Source: Leptonemataceae bacterium (GTDB taxonomy: Bacteria > Spirochaetota > Leptospiria > Leptospirales > Leptonemataceae). From it: a DNA stretch of 64,000 nucleotides. Position 1 is the stretch's first letter, and each line of letters starts with the position of its first letter. A model generated the notes under the pieces. That model searched no databases. It was not told the origin of the DNA and saw only the letters and a program-made list of their open reading frames with translations. The stretch covers positions 416,001 through 480,000 of the forward strand of contig OZ245742.1 in the NCBI GenBank assembly GCA_965227295.1. Direction: 5' to 3'. Shown one piece after another: positions 28,870 through 39,035 of the stretch. A program made the position numbers and the translations under genes.

Positions 28870-29130
28870 TCAGGGCTTGTAGTAATCTTTGTCCGGTTTG
28901 CGCTTTGCCGGGCGCCAGAGCCACAGGAGCGCCGTCGACGCCGCAGTCACCGTGATCGCCAGGCCGAGCATGGTATAAAACTCGTCCGCGCGGAACTCCT
29001 CACAGGCAACGCGCTCTCCGTAGCGGGTGCCGAGCTCAATGCAGCCGAGCGACACGGCCTCGTAGATGTGATAGCCGCCCCAGGCCAGCGCCGCGATCAG
29101 CAACAGATACAGAAAGGCGCGAAGGATCAT
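28870..29130 (-). CDS. Small two-TM membrane protein
   Basis: Two hydrophobic helices flanking a Cys pair; fills the gap downstream of the co-oriented lipoprotein. Confidence 0.6.
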   Translation of the reverse strand: MILRAFLYLLLIAALAWGGYHIYEAVSLGCIELGTRYGERVACEEFRADEFYTMLGLAITVTAASTALLWLWRPAKRKPDKDYYKP

Positions 29131-29172
29131 ACATACAGTATAATCCTTCGCGACACAATTTCCAGGCGCCGG

Positions 29173-29649
29173 CTACTTCACAGCAAAGGTTACATCCTGG
29201 GTGAACGTCTTGCCCGCCGCGCTGATATCCGCGGTGACGGTGTAGTCCCCGGCCGCCGCCGAATCGAAGCCGCCCACGTAGTGATGCATGCCGCCGCCGC
29301 TCATCACCTCGCTGCCGTCGCTGATCGTTTCGCCGGCCGCGTTCTTGATCACAAGCTTCACGTCCGCGTCCGTAATGACGCCGCCGCGATCGGCGGTGTC
29401 CATAATTGTCAACGTAACGATGTGCTCCGCGTGGCCGTGCTCCATTTCGCTGATGTTCATCATCTTCATCATCTTCATGTGTTCGGCGTGGCTGGAGAGG
29501 TCGTATACGACCTGGATATTTTCGTGGGTGCGCACCTTCGATGTCGGCGTATCGAAAGATGCGTCGTCGGCACCGGTGTCCGGACCGCCGCAGTGTACCG
29601 CCAGCAGCGTGATACTTAAAATAATCTTCGTTATCAGGAATACCCTCAT
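29173..29649 (-). CDS. His/Met-rich lipoprotein with YtkA/FixH-like Ig fold
   Basis: Lipobox LLAVHC; HAEHMKMMKMMNISEMEHGHAEH; ITDADVKL...HHYVGGF...GDYTVTA. Confidence 0.7.
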   Translation of the reverse strand: MRVFLITKIILSITLLAVHCGGPDTGADDASFDTPTSKVRTHENIQVVYDLSSHAEHMKMMKMMNISEMEHGHAEHIVTLTIMDTADRGGVITDADVKLVIKNAAGETISDGSEVMSGGGMHHYVGGFDSAAAGDYTVTADISAAGKTFTQDVTFAVK

Positions 29650-29683
29650 GTTTGTTTCTCCTTTACTGTGCCTGCGCAGACGT

Positions 29684-31489
29684 TCAACGAACGGAGCGGC
29701 CGGCCCGAACTTTCGTTTTGCGCGCGGATTTTTTATTACCGGGCGATGCCTGACGGCGCGCGCCGGTTTCTTTTTTAGACGCGGCGGAACGCCGGGTCGC
29801 CGGGAACAACGTCTTCGTAAATCCGGCCTTCTTTTCGAAACGAAAGGCCTTCGCGGTGCTGCCCGGTTTCGGCGGAATCATCGCCATGGCCCGCTCGCTC
29901 AGTGCGGTGATGGACAGACTCGGGTTTACGCCCAGGTTTTCCGTGAGCATGGAGCCGTCGCAGACCCGCAGGTTTTTGTAACCGAAGACTTTGTTTTCGA
30001 GATCGATGACACCCTCCCCCGCGTGCTCGCCCACGATGCAGCCGCCCATGATGTGTCCCGTTACCGGCGCGTCGAGCAAAGTATCGTTGTACGAGGAACG
30101 CGGGATGCCGCCGATCTTCTCCGCGACGCGGCGCGTGGTTTCGTTTGCCACGGGGATGTACGTCGGCGTCGGTGCGCCGGTGGAGAGCGCGGACGTCAGC
30201 GTCTTCCAGAACGGCCAGGCCGGTCGCCAGGCGCGTTTAAGTTTGATGCTGTTGTCGACGGTTTGCATCACCAGAAGAATGATGCTGTTGCTCGCGAACT
30301 TGCCGGCGCCGTGGGACATGAGCCATGTGTACGGATGCTTAAATATCATCCCAAAGTACTTTAAGAAACGCGGCACTCCGTCGCCGCCGTCCACCATGGG
30401 CGCCGCAAGTGCTCCCATGAAGTTCGAGCCCTTCGGATAACGCACCGGTTCGATGTGAGTGTCTTCGTCCGGATGGATGGACGAGGTGATGGCCACGCCG
30501 CGAGAATAGTCGGTGTCGGTTTTGTAGTTCGATGCCAGGAGAACCGTCTCGCTGTTGGTGCGCACCCTGTCCCCCAGCACCGGGGACAGGCGCGGCATGC
30601 GACCGTTTTCGCGCATCTTCAGAAGCAGCCCCACGGTTCCCATCACCGCCGCGGACAACACGACGGAACGTGCGCGAAACCTGCGCCGCGGAAAACCGAA
30701 CCAGCCCGTAGGCGTGCGGGTTTTCAGTTCGTAACCGTATTCGCCGTCGGCGTTCGCATCACGTTCGCCGGCGGCGTTCAGGGGAATCATGTCGATGACT
30801 TTCGTTTCGGGAATGATCTCTGCGCCGAGCTGTTCGGCGAAGTAGAGATAGTTTTTATCGAGGGTGTTCTTGGAATTGTAGCGACAGCCGACCATGCACG
30901 CGCCGCAGAACGTACAGCCGATGCGTTCGGGGCCTTCGCCGCCGAAGTACGGATCGGGATGTTTCTCGCCGGGTTTGCCGAAGTAGACACCCACCGGCGT
31001 CGGCCGAAACGTGTGGCCCTTGCCCATTTCATCGGCGACTTCTTTTAAGACGTGATCGCTTTCGAAGAGACGCGGGTTCTCCGTTACACCGAGCATCTTG
31101 AGCGCAATCTTGTAAAACGGCAGCAACGCCTTCGGGCCGCCCATCTTTCGGAACGCGCCCTTGTTCAGAACCTGCTCGCCGGGAACGTAGAGCGTATTCG
31201 CGTATACCAGACTGCCGCCGCCGACGCCGGCCCCGCTTACGAGAAAAAAATCGCGCAGCAAATTCATGCGCTGAATGCCGTACAGGCCCAGCCACGGCAT
31301 CCACAGATACTTGCGCAGGTTCCAGTTGGTCTTTGCGTAGTCTTCGTTGCGCCAGCGTTTACCGGATTCGATGACCGCCACCGAGTAACCCTTCTGCGTC
31401 AACCGCATGGCCGATACGCTGCCGCCGAAGCCGCTGCCGATCACAATGTAGTCGTAGTCATACTTAATGGAAGATTCCGGTGCGGCCAT
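29684..31489 (-). CDS. GMC oxidoreductase, cholesterol oxidase (ChoD-like)
   Basis: [66 protein letters not shown]. Confidence 0.9.
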   Translation of the reverse strand: MAAPESSIKYDYDYIVIGSGFGGSVSAMRLTQKGYSVAVIESGKRWRNEDYAKTNWNLRKYLWMPWLGLYGIQRMNLLRDFFLVSGAGVGGGSLVYANTLYVPGEQVLNKGAFRKMGGPKALLPFYKIALKMLGVTENPRLFESDHVLKEVADEMGKGHTFRPTPVGVYFGKPGEKHPDPYFGGEGPERIGCTFCGACMVGCRYNSKNTLDKNYLYFAEQLGAEIIPETKVIDMIPLNAAGERDANADGEYGYELKTRTPTGWFGFPRRRFRARSVVLSAAVMGTVGLLLKMRENGRMPRLSPVLGDRVRTNSETVLLASNYKTDTDYSRGVAITSSIHPDEDTHIEPVRYPKGSNFMGALAAPMVDGGDGVPRFLKYFGMIFKHPYTWLMSHGAGKFASNSIILLVMQTVDNSIKLKRAWRPAWPFWKTLTSALSTGAPTPTYIPVANETTRRVAEKIGGIPRSSYNDTLLDAPVTGHIMGGCIVGEHAGEGVIDLENKVFGYKNLRVCDGSMLTENLGVNPSLSITALSERAMAMIPPKPGSTAKAFRFEKKAGFTKTLFPATRRSAASKKETGARRQASPGNKKSARKTKVRAGRSVR

Positions 31490-31707
31490 GACTGATGTTC
31501 GAATCGGCGCGTGCCGGTGGCAATGAAAAAGTTTGCGCGTACTGGTGACGATTGGGGATCAAACTGATGATCAGGAAAAAGAGAAAGTAAAAATCATATG
31601 GGCGTCTGCCCGGCCGCGCCGCGGTTGCGGCCGGGTACCGCGCTGCTACAGGCTCCTAAAGTTTCTAAACTGGTTGACAGGTTCCTGAGAGGTTTCTTCG
31701 TTTCCCG

Positions 31708-32247
31708 ATGAAACAGTTTCTTATCTCCACAGCAACCCTGGCGGCAACCCTGCTGCTCACTTTCGCCTGCTCCACACAACCTGCGGCGAAGAAAACTCCG
31801 TCCGTCACGCTGGCGCCTTTTCCCGAAGAAAAGATGCGCAGCCCGAAACGACTGAACCTGGCCGTTCTCAAGCGACTGACGACGGAAAAACCGCCGTCTT
31901 ACAACGATCCACTCGTCGCCCGCGCCTTCTCTCCCGGCGAAGTATATGTCATCCCGAAAAGCTGCGCTCTGGAAGTACATTCCCCGATGCTGCAAATGCG
32001 AGCGGGCGACGGTACCTCCATTAATACGTTTCGACTCACCTGCCTCTCGGGAATCCTTCCGTTCATGAAAACGTTCGCCGGCGCCGGCCCCGCCCGCATC
32101 GAACGACACGGATCCGTGGTATCCGAATCACGTTTCCTGAGCAAGGCCATGTCGCAGGAGAAAACCACGGGCCTCATTGAAATCGGCTCCGGCCCGGGGG
32201 CCATCGACTCTGTGGACGTTTACTTCCGTTTCGTGAAGCTGGATTGA
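31708..32247 (+). CDS. Hypothetical lipoprotein
   Basis: Signal peptide with lipobox LLTFAC. Confidence 0.75.
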   Translation: MKQFLISTATLAATLLLTFACSTQPAAKKTPSVTLAPFPEEKMRSPKRLNLAVLKRLTTEKPPSYNDPLVARAFSPGEVYVIPKSCALEVHSPMLQMRAGDGTSINTFRLTCLSGILPFMKTFAGAGPARIERHGSVVSESRFLSKAMSQEKTTGLIEIGSGPGAIDSVDVYFRFVKLD

Positions 32248-32271
32248 TCGAATGTGTCGGCGATGAGCCTG

Positions 32272-32928
32272 CTACACCGTCGCCGGCAAACCGCCCACGA
32301 ACAATCCCGCAAGAAACCGGGCCGCGTCTTTCGGGGCAATCGCCTGCGCTTTCTTTTTCGATTCGCTCGCCGCCGCCATCTGTACGAGCAACTCAAAGCC
32401 CGCGCCGATGATGGCGTGCGTCGCCAGACGCACATCGATGTCCGGGAAGAGGCCGGCCTTGATTGCGCCTTCCAGGTCGGCGGCGAGTTCGCTGACGATA
32501 CCCTGAATGGCCGCCGCATCTTTTTTATTCTTCGCTCCCGTGCCGGAGAACACGAGCGCGCGAAAGATGTCCTGATTGCGCGCGAGCATCTGTAAGTTCA
32601 GACGATCTTCCGCTACGGCTTCGAAGTACGCGAGATAGGCGTCCTCAATGAATGAACGCGATGTGGTCGCGCGGCGCCGCGCTTCCCGAATGCGAGACCG
32701 CACCGCGGCGGCCAGTTCGCGAATGAGTTCACGCATCACCTCTTCTTTGCTGTCGAAGTAGTTATAGAACGTGCCCGGGGAAAGACCGCTTTCGCGGACA
32801 ATGTCGCGGATGGTCGAAGCGGCAAAGCCGACCTCCACAAACACCCGCCGGCCCGCGAACAGGATGGCCTCGCGATTCGCCGCCTTTTTTGATTCGCGAC
32901 GCGATGCGGTCTGTGCGGATGAGGCCAT
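32272..32928 (-). CDS. TetR/AcrR-family regulator
   Basis: GFAASTIRDIVRESGLSPGTFYNYFDSKEE; divergent from the FMO gene; start taken at MASSAQ. Confidence 0.92.
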   Translation of the reverse strand: MASSAQTASRRESKKAANREAILFAGRRVFVEVGFAASTIRDIVRESGLSPGTFYNYFDSKEEVMRELIRELAAAVRSRIREARRRATTSRSFIEDAYLAYFEAVAEDRLNLQMLARNQDIFRALVFSGTGAKNKKDAAAIQGIVSELAADLEGAIKAGLFPDIDVRLATHAIIGAGFELLVQMAAASESKKKAQAIAPKDAARFLAGLFVGGLPATV

Positions 32929-32969
32929 GCTGGAGCCTGGAGCGCGTGCGTGAACGCGCAAGTAAAATA

Positions 32970-32983
32970 TGACACAGGCGTCA
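32970..32983. promoter_or_regulatory. Candidate TetR operator
   Basis: Imperfect palindrome TGACAC-AG-GCGTCA in the tetR/FMO divergent gap, next to TTGACG-17-GATGAT. Confidence 0.4.
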
Positions 32984-33038
32984 CTTTCTTCATTGACGGA
33001 CGGCTCGGCACGTGCGATGATTCCGGTCGGGGGAAGTT

Positions 33039-34523
33039 ATGCTATCATTCAACAACGACGAGTCCAAGAACTCGAATCGCGGCCGCCTCCCGCGGGTCTG
33101 CGTCATCGGTGCCGGCTGCAGCGGTATGACGGCGACGAAATCACTCAAGGATCGCGGCATCCCGGTGACGTGTTACGAAAAAGGCTCGGACATCGGCGGC
33201 CTGTGGCGCTTCGGCAACGACAACGGCATGTCCAGCGTCTACAAATCCCTGCACATCAACACGCACCGCGATCGCATGGAATTCGCGGACTATCCCATGC
33301 CGCCGGACTATCCGGATTACCCTTCGCATAAGTTGATCTGGGAGTACTTTAAGGATTACGCCGGGCACTTCGGCCTCTACGAAAACATAGTGCTCAACAC
33401 GGGCGTGAAGCGAGTAGAACGTCGCGAGGACGGCGTCTACGAGGTGTTACTGGACAACGGCGGCATCGAGTACTTCGACGCGGTGATCGTGGCGAACGGA
33501 CATCACTGGTCCGAGCGCTGGCCCGATCCCTACCCCGGCAAGTTCAGCGGCAAAGAAATCCACGCGCATCGCTACGTCGATCCTTCGAAACCGCTTAACT
33601 TAAGTGAACAGAACGTTATGGTTGTCGGCATGGGCAACAGCGCCATGGACATCGCCGTGGAAATTTCCCGCCCCGGCCTTACGGCGAAGACGATCCTCTC
33701 CGGACGACGCGGCGCCTACGTCTGGCCCAAGTACATCTTCGGCAAACCCTTCGATAAACTCACGCTGCTGTTCCCGCCCTGGGTGCCCTTCGCCATCAAA
33801 CGCTTCCTGGCCACGCTGACGTATCGCCTGGCCGTCGGCAAGATGACGGACTTCGGTTTGCCGGAGCCGGACCACAAACTCGGCCACGCCCATCCGACCA
33901 TCTCCAACGAAATCCTCGGGAAACTGGGCTCCGGCGATATTCAGTTTCGCCCGGGCATCAAAGAATTCGCCGGACGTACGGTGCGCTTCGTGGACGGCAG
34001 CGAAGAAGATGTGGACGTGATCATCTGGTGCACCGGTTACAACGTGAGCTTTCCGTTTTTCGACGATCAGTTTTTCGCGGCAACGGACAATCGCCTGCCG
34101 CCGCTCTTCCATCGCGCGATCCAACCGGGCATGGACGACCTGTTTTTTGTAGGATTGCTACAGCCTCTCGGCGCGGTGATGCCGCTTTCCGAAGCTCAGG
34201 GCAAGTGGATTGCGGAGCAACTGTGCGGTGAGTATGCCCTGCCGACGGAGCAGGAAATGCGTAAGTTCATCGACGATGAAATGCGCGCTATGAATCAACG
34301 CTACGTTTCTTCTGCGCGGCACACGATGCAGGTGGACTTCGAGAAGTATTTGTATGACTTAGAAAGAGAAGTGAAACGCGGGCGTCGGCGTGCGGATCAA
34401 AACGGCAACGCGTTGCCGATCGAAGCGCGGGCGCATTTGCACAAGGGTACGGCCGCCAGGAAAACGAAGGCACGCGGGAAAAAGAAAGCCTCGAAGCGCA
34501 AAACAACGGCGAGGATGCGATGA
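33039..34523 (+). CDS. Flavin-containing monooxygenase (FMO)
   Basis: GAGCSG FAD motif, FSGKEIHAHRY (FxGxxxHxxxY/F), GMGNSA NADPH motif, CTGY. Confidence 0.92.
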   Translation: MLSFNNDESKNSNRGRLPRVCVIGAGCSGMTATKSLKDRGIPVTCYEKGSDIGGLWRFGNDNGMSSVYKSLHINTHRDRMEFADYPMPPDYPDYPSHKLIWEYFKDYAGHFGLYENIVLNTGVKRVERREDGVYEVLLDNGGIEYFDAVIVANGHHWSERWPDPYPGKFSGKEIHAHRYVDPSKPLNLSEQNVMVVGMGNSAMDIAVEISRPGLTAKTILSGRRGAYVWPKYIFGKPFDKLTLLFPPWVPFAIKRFLATLTYRLAVGKMTDFGLPEPDHKLGHAHPTISNEILGKLGSGDIQFRPGIKEFAGRTVRFVDGSEEDVDVIIWCTGYNVSFPFFDDQFFAATDNRLPPLFHRAIQPGMDDLFFVGLLQPLGAVMPLSEAQGKWIAEQLCGEYALPTEQEMRKFIDDEMRAMNQRYVSSARHTMQVDFEKYLYDLEREVKRGRRRADQNGNALPIEARAHLHKGTAARKTKARGKKKASKRKTTARMR

Positions 34524-34630
34524 TCCAGGCGCGGCATAAATGTACATAGCAACTGCGTAACTATTTTAATTTCTTGCAGGATTTTGAAACATTCTCCTCC
34601 TGTTGATTACCTTTCACTCAGGAGTTACTT

Positions 34631-34924
34631 GTGTCCTTAATATTGATGAAGCGGGTCGGCTGCATGCTGCTCGTTCTCCTGGTGTCGTCCGCCTGTGCGA
34701 CGGTCCGCCAGGGAACGGTCAAATACGTGGAGTTCGATCTCGAAATGAAGGAATATCCGGAAGATCGTAGCGACGTAATTACGGGAAGCGAATGTGGATT
34801 TCGGATTGTGAATTATCCGACTATCCTTAATCGCATGCGGCCCCAGGACAACATTGTGGGGTTGCGCAACTTCGAGTTCTACACCGATAGTTGCTTCAAC
34901 GTTCGCGGGGAGGCAGTCCAATGA
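34631..34924 (+). CDS. Small lipoprotein
   Basis: RBS GGAG, lipobox VSSAC, Cys pair; ATGA overlap with the next gene. Confidence 0.65.
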   Translation: MSLILMKRVGCMLLVLLVSSACATVRQGTVKYVEFDLEMKEYPEDRSDVITGSECGFRIVNYPTILNRMRPQDNIVGLRNFEFYTDSCFNVRGEAVQ

Positions 34925-35316
34925 AAGTTTATAAACCCCTTACTTTGCTCCGCACTTTCGCCGCCATCGCGGTACTCGCCGGCGGCACGGCCTGCAAGTC
35001 CACGATCGGTACCGGGAAATTTTTGGCCACTCAGCAATTTCCGGACAAGAATCTGGAACAACTATCAAATGAAAAAGTAGAAGGCCAGGGCTGCCGTCAG
35101 CACATCTTCTTTGTCCCGATCGGGGAACAGAACTACAATGCGGCTTTCCGGGATGCGCTTTCGAAGTCACCGGAGGGAACCACCGGTTTCATGCACGCGG
35201 AACTCGGCACCATCGTACCGGCTCCGTTTGTCGGAGGCGGGATCCTGTTCGGACGTTTCTGTAACTATATCATCGGCTATCCGGCGAAGGCAAAGCTTCC
35301 GACCGAAGAAAGCTGA
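34921..35316 (+). CDS. Small lipoprotein, TRL-like
   Basis: Lipobox GGTAC; VEGQGCRQHIFFVPIG...AFRDAL...C.YIIG pattern typical of TRL-like lipoproteins. Confidence 0.65.
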   Translation: MKVYKPLTLLRTFAAIAVLAGGTACKSTIGTGKFLATQQFPDKNLEQLSNEKVEGQGCRQHIFFVPIGEQNYNAAFRDALSKSPEGTTGFMHAELGTIVPAPFVGGGILFGRFCNYIIGYPAKAKLPTEES

Positions 35317-35385
35317 GGACTCGATGCAGCCGGCGCCTGGGGCTGACCAATCAGTGGCCGCATCCAGGACCTTTTTGGTCAGCCC

Positions 35386-35592
35386 CTAATTCCACCAGTG
35401 CGCCGGCTTCACCAGTACTCTTAGCGAAGCCAGTTCCAGTTCGAATCGAAACGAAGCCTCGCCGTCACCGGATCCGAAGAGTCCCGCATTGTTTCTCTGG
35501 AAACGCGGGCGGAGTTGACCGCCGCGACGATCTTCGTCGCCGTCGATGGCGGTGCGCATCAAACGCAATTCAAGCTGTTTGGGCATTCGCAT
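35386..35592 (-). CDS. Possible small hypothetical protein
   Basis: ORF MRMPKQLELRL...HWWN fills an otherwise empty gap; no recognised domain. Confidence 0.35.
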   Translation of the reverse strand: MRMPKQLELRLMRTAIDGDEDRRGGQLRPRFQRNNAGLFGSGDGEASFRFELELASLRVLVKPAHWWN

Positions 35593-35695
35593 ATAACACT
35601 TCTTTCCCTGATGAGACGAGATCCTACAACGAAATGTTGCAACTTCATGTCTCACAAGGCAAGTAAGTTACGCGAAGATTGAAAAAAGATACATA

Positions 35696-36814
35696 CTACT
35701 CTGCCTGGATTGCAGCAGACTCAGGCTCATGAAAATCTAATAATTTATAAATTGCTACTTCTTTCGCACGACCGCGCACACGGCCCTGTACCGGCTGCGA
35801 ACACACGATGCCCTCTCCGGCTTTCGCATGCGTTGCACCGTCGATGAGGATGTCGCTACCCAGGCGTTTGTTCAACGACTGCAGTCGCGCGGCCAGGTTC
35901 ACCGAGTCACCGATGACAGTATACTCCAGACGACGGGTGGAACCGACGTTGCCCGCGAAGACCGTGCCCGTCGCGATCCCGATGCCCACGCTGATGGGAT
36001 CGGGGATGTACTCCGGACGAAACTCGTTGTACTGTTCAATGTAGTGGCGAATGTCAAGGGCGCAGCGCACGCCGTTCACGGCGTCGTCCCCGGTGGGGAC
36101 CGGGCAACCGAACGTGGCAAGCATGCCGTCGCCGAGCAGTTTGTTTACCGATCCCTGGTGTTTGAAGACGAGGTCCATGGTGTCCGTAAAGATCGCCGAA
36201 AGGAACTCCGCGAACAGACGCGGTTCCAGGGTTTCACCGAGGGACGTGGAGCCGCGAATGTCGAAGAACATGATCGTCGCTTCGAGCTGAGAACCGCCGA
36301 GTTCCGCGCGGATCTCTTCATTGATGATCTTCCGGGCGAGATCGTCCGAGAAAAACTTGGAAAGCCCGAGCTTTTCGCGCTCCAGCTTTGCGTTGAGTTC
36401 GCGCAGGGCCTGGCGGGATTTTTTCAGTTCGATCTCTTTTTGAATCTTCGGCGTGAGCTCCGCGACCTGAATGGGCTTCTTAATGAATTCACTGGCGCCG
36501 GTGGAGAGTGATACCACCACCATCTCCTCGGAACCGTCCGCGGACATGATGATCACCGGCATGTCCGCGCTCTCCGGATCCTCCTTGATGGCCTTGAGGA
36601 CCATGAGGCCGGTAACTTCCGGTAGATGTAAGTCAACGATGGCCAGGTCCGGCTTCCAATCGCGGACCATCTCCAGGGCTTCCGCCCCGTCTCCGGCGGT
36701 GCGCACGTCGTAGCCCATAAGGCCGACGTACTGCCGCAGGAGGTCGCGGTAGTCTTCCTCGTCCTCGACCACGAGGACCTTTTCCCGAACGATGGAACCT
36801 TCTTCTTCGGACAC
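35696..36814 (-). CDS. REC domain plus class III adenylate cyclase
   Basis: VVEDE/VDLHLP/KKP receiver; FFDIRG, KLLGDG, EYTVIGDSVNLAARLQ (Lys/Thr ATP-specifying residues). Confidence 0.92.
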   Translation of the reverse strand: MSEEEGSIVREKVLVVEDEEDYRDLLRQYVGLMGYDVRTAGDGAEALEMVRDWKPDLAIVDLHLPEVTGLMVLKAIKEDPESADMPVIIMSADGSEEMVVVSLSTGASEFIKKPIQVAELTPKIQKEIELKKSRQALRELNAKLEREKLGLSKFFSDDLARKIINEEIRAELGGSQLEATIMFFDIRGSTSLGETLEPRLFAEFLSAIFTDTMDLVFKHQGSVNKLLGDGMLATFGCPVPTGDDAVNGVRCALDIRHYIEQYNEFRPEYIPDPISVGIGIATGTVFAGNVGSTRRLEYTVIGDSVNLAARLQSLNKRLGSDILIDGATHAKAGEGIVCSQPVQGRVRGRAKEVAIYKLLDFHEPESAAIQAE

Positions 36815-36839
36815 GCCTGGAATGAGCGGACGAACCGCC

Positions 36840-37676
36840 TTAGTTCATCACAACCTGTTTGTAGAACGGATGTTCTTTCAGTTGTTCAAACTTGCCTTCG
36901 TTGTACGAACCCATCAGTTCGCCGGCGTTGTAGAAGTCGGCGATCTTTGCGCGGCGTTCCAGGTCGTTCATCGAGAGCAGGAGTCCCATCATTTCACGCG
37001 TGGTGAGCGAAGCGAGGGCGGTGATGCGCACAAGATCGCTGACATTGTCCATTTCGTCGGAGCCGAAGTTGTGCAGGGCGATGACGTCTTTCAAGGAGTC
37101 CGGCACGTTCCATTTGTCGAAGACCAGCTTGCCGACCTCGACGTGATCGGTGCCGAAGCGCTTGCGTTCTTCTTCCACCAGGTCGCCGAAGTTCTGCTCG
37201 GTGGTCTCAATGAGATCGGCGTAGAGTTTGCTTTCGTTCAACGCCAGGATCGACATGCCGATCTTGTGCAACAAGGCGCCGAGGAAGGCCTCTTCGCGGT
37301 GCTGCTTGAAACCCATGTTATCGCACAGCTCCTGGGCCACGAGGGCGCTGGCCACGGTGAACTGGTTGAGATACGTGAGGAAGACCTTGTTCTTCATGGA
37401 GGCGTTCATGGACTTCGAAGCCAGCAGAATGATGATGTTCTTCACGGTCTTGAGGCCGAGCAGCGTGATGGCGTCCTTCAGGGTCTGCACGCGACCGGAG
37501 CGGCCGTAGTAGGCCGAATTCGCAATGCGCAGCAGATCGGAGACCACACCTTCATCCGGGGCGACAATCTGTTCCAGGGCATAACTGCTCGCGGTATCGC
37601 TGAGCGGATCGAACTGCATAACCTTAATGGTCACACTGGAAAGAGGGGGGATTTGAATATCATCAAGATTCAACAT
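36840..37676 (-). CDS. HDOD domain protein
   Basis: IPPLS, LLRIANSAYYG, AITLLG, GALLHKIG, FGTDHVEVGKLVFDKWNVP. Confidence 0.92.
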   Translation of the reverse strand: MLNLDDIQIPPLSSVTIKVMQFDPLSDTASSYALEQIVAPDEGVVSDLLRIANSAYYGRSGRVQTLKDAITLLGLKTVKNIIILLASKSMNASMKNKVFLTYLNQFTVASALVAQELCDNMGFKQHREEAFLGALLHKIGMSILALNESKLYADLIETTEQNFGDLVEEERKRFGTDHVEVGKLVFDKWNVPDSLKDVIALHNFGSDEMDNVSDLVRITALASLTTREMMGLLLSMNDLERRAKIADFYNAGELMGSYNEGKFEQLKEHPFYKQVVMN

Positions 37677-37818
37677 GTACAGTACACCTCTGTGTCAAAC
37701 GTGGCGAGGGCGCTTTTATGCGGGAAGACGAATTTTCCCGTACAGGCAACTTCTTACGGAACTTTAACAATCACTTGCAAAATCTTCCCGACACCGGGAG
37801 CCTTCGTGCGGAATCACT

Positions 37819-38895
37819 ATGAGTATCCTGAAAAACGCTGAAATTACCGCCGGCCGGGCCGCCCTGAAGCTGCCGCTTTCCGTGCAGCGCGTGCTTTCCG
37901 GCGGCACCGTCCAACGGAACGGACGCACGCTGGATACGCAGGTGGCCATGGCACTACAGCTCGCAAAGATCAAGCCGGCCACGGAAGACCTGCCGCCGAT
38001 CCGCGCCCGGGAGAACACCCGGAACCTCGCTGCGTTATTCGACGTAAATATTCCTGAAATCCCAAGAACTGATGATTTTTCCATTCCCGCGGGACCCAAA
38101 TCCCGCGAGCGCATCCCGCTGCGACTCTATGCACCGCGGGCGACGACGGACCTCCTGCCCTGCGTGGTTTTCTTTCACGGCGGCGGTTTCGTCCTCGGCG
38201 ACCTGGAGTCTCACGACGGAACGCTCCGCCGGCTCTGCGCGGAATCCGGGATCATCGTCGTCGCCGTGGACTATCGCCTGGCGCCGGAGTATCGCTATCC
38301 CGTCTTCGTGGACGACGCCCTGGCCGCTTATGCGCACGTGGTGAAGCACGCGGCGACGTTGGGCATCGATGCGAAGCGCATCGGCGTCGGCGGCGACAGT
38401 GCCGGCGGCAACCTGGCCGTGCAGGTTTGCTTACGGGCCCGCAAGGCAAAGCTCCCGCTCCCGGCCTTCCAGGTCCCGGTCTATCCCTGGCTCGATCTTT
38501 CCATGTCGTTTCCGTCCGTCGAAGCCTACGGCGACGCCTTCTTTCTAAAGAAGAAAACCATCGAATACTTTCGCAACTACGCCCTCACCGATACGGAGCA
38601 CGAGATGTCCGATCCCGGCGTCTCGCCGATCTTCGCGAAACCCCGGATCTTCAAGGGCCTGCCGCCGGCCTTCATCTCGGTGTGCGGCTTCGATCCCCTG
38701 CAAGATGAGGGCGCGGCGTATCATGAGTTGCTCCGGAAGGCCGGGGTGTCCTCCGAGTTGAAGATGTACGAATCGTTAATTCACGGTTCGCTGAACTTAA
38801 GCGGAATTGTCGACGCGGCGAGACCCATGATGGACGATCTGGCCGGGGCGCTGAAAGAGTTTACGAAAGCGCCAGCGGAAAAGAAGAAGAGATGA
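37819..38895 (+). CDS. HSL-family (family IV) esterase/lipase
   Basis: FHGGGF, DYRLAPE, GDSAGG, DPLQDEG, IHG. Confidence 0.92.
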   Translation: MSILKNAEITAGRAALKLPLSVQRVLSGGTVQRNGRTLDTQVAMALQLAKIKPATEDLPPIRARENTRNLAALFDVNIPEIPRTDDFSIPAGPKSRERIPLRLYAPRATTDLLPCVVFFHGGGFVLGDLESHDGTLRRLCAESGIIVVAVDYRLAPEYRYPVFVDDALAAYAHVVKHAATLGIDAKRIGVGGDSAGGNLAVQVCLRARKAKLPLPAFQVPVYPWLDLSMSFPSVEAYGDAFFLKKKTIEYFRNYALTDTEHEMSDPGVSPIFAKPRIFKGLPPAFISVCGFDPLQDEGAAYHELLRKAGVSSELKMYESLIHGSLNLSGIVDAARPMMDDLAGALKEFTKAPAEKKKR

Positions 38896-38930
38896 GCTGA
38901 CACGCCCCGAATAAGGGTGCAGTAGATCTG

Positions 38931-38991
38931 GTAAGAATTTTTGGGCGCGTCGGCGCTTTGCGGTGCGGGGGCACGCCCAAAGAATTCTTAC
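38931..38991. repeat. Inverted repeat / hairpin
   Basis: GTAAGAATTTTTGGGCG ... CGCCCAAAGAATTCTTAC (one bulge). Confidence 0.7.
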
Positions 38992-39035
38992 ACGAAATAC
39001 TACTTCATCATTCGTGGCGTCTACGATAGATAAAA

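Noticed and set aside
31674-31702. TTGACA promoter upstream of the lipoprotein at 31708
   Set aside because: No -10 element at 16-18 bp spacing
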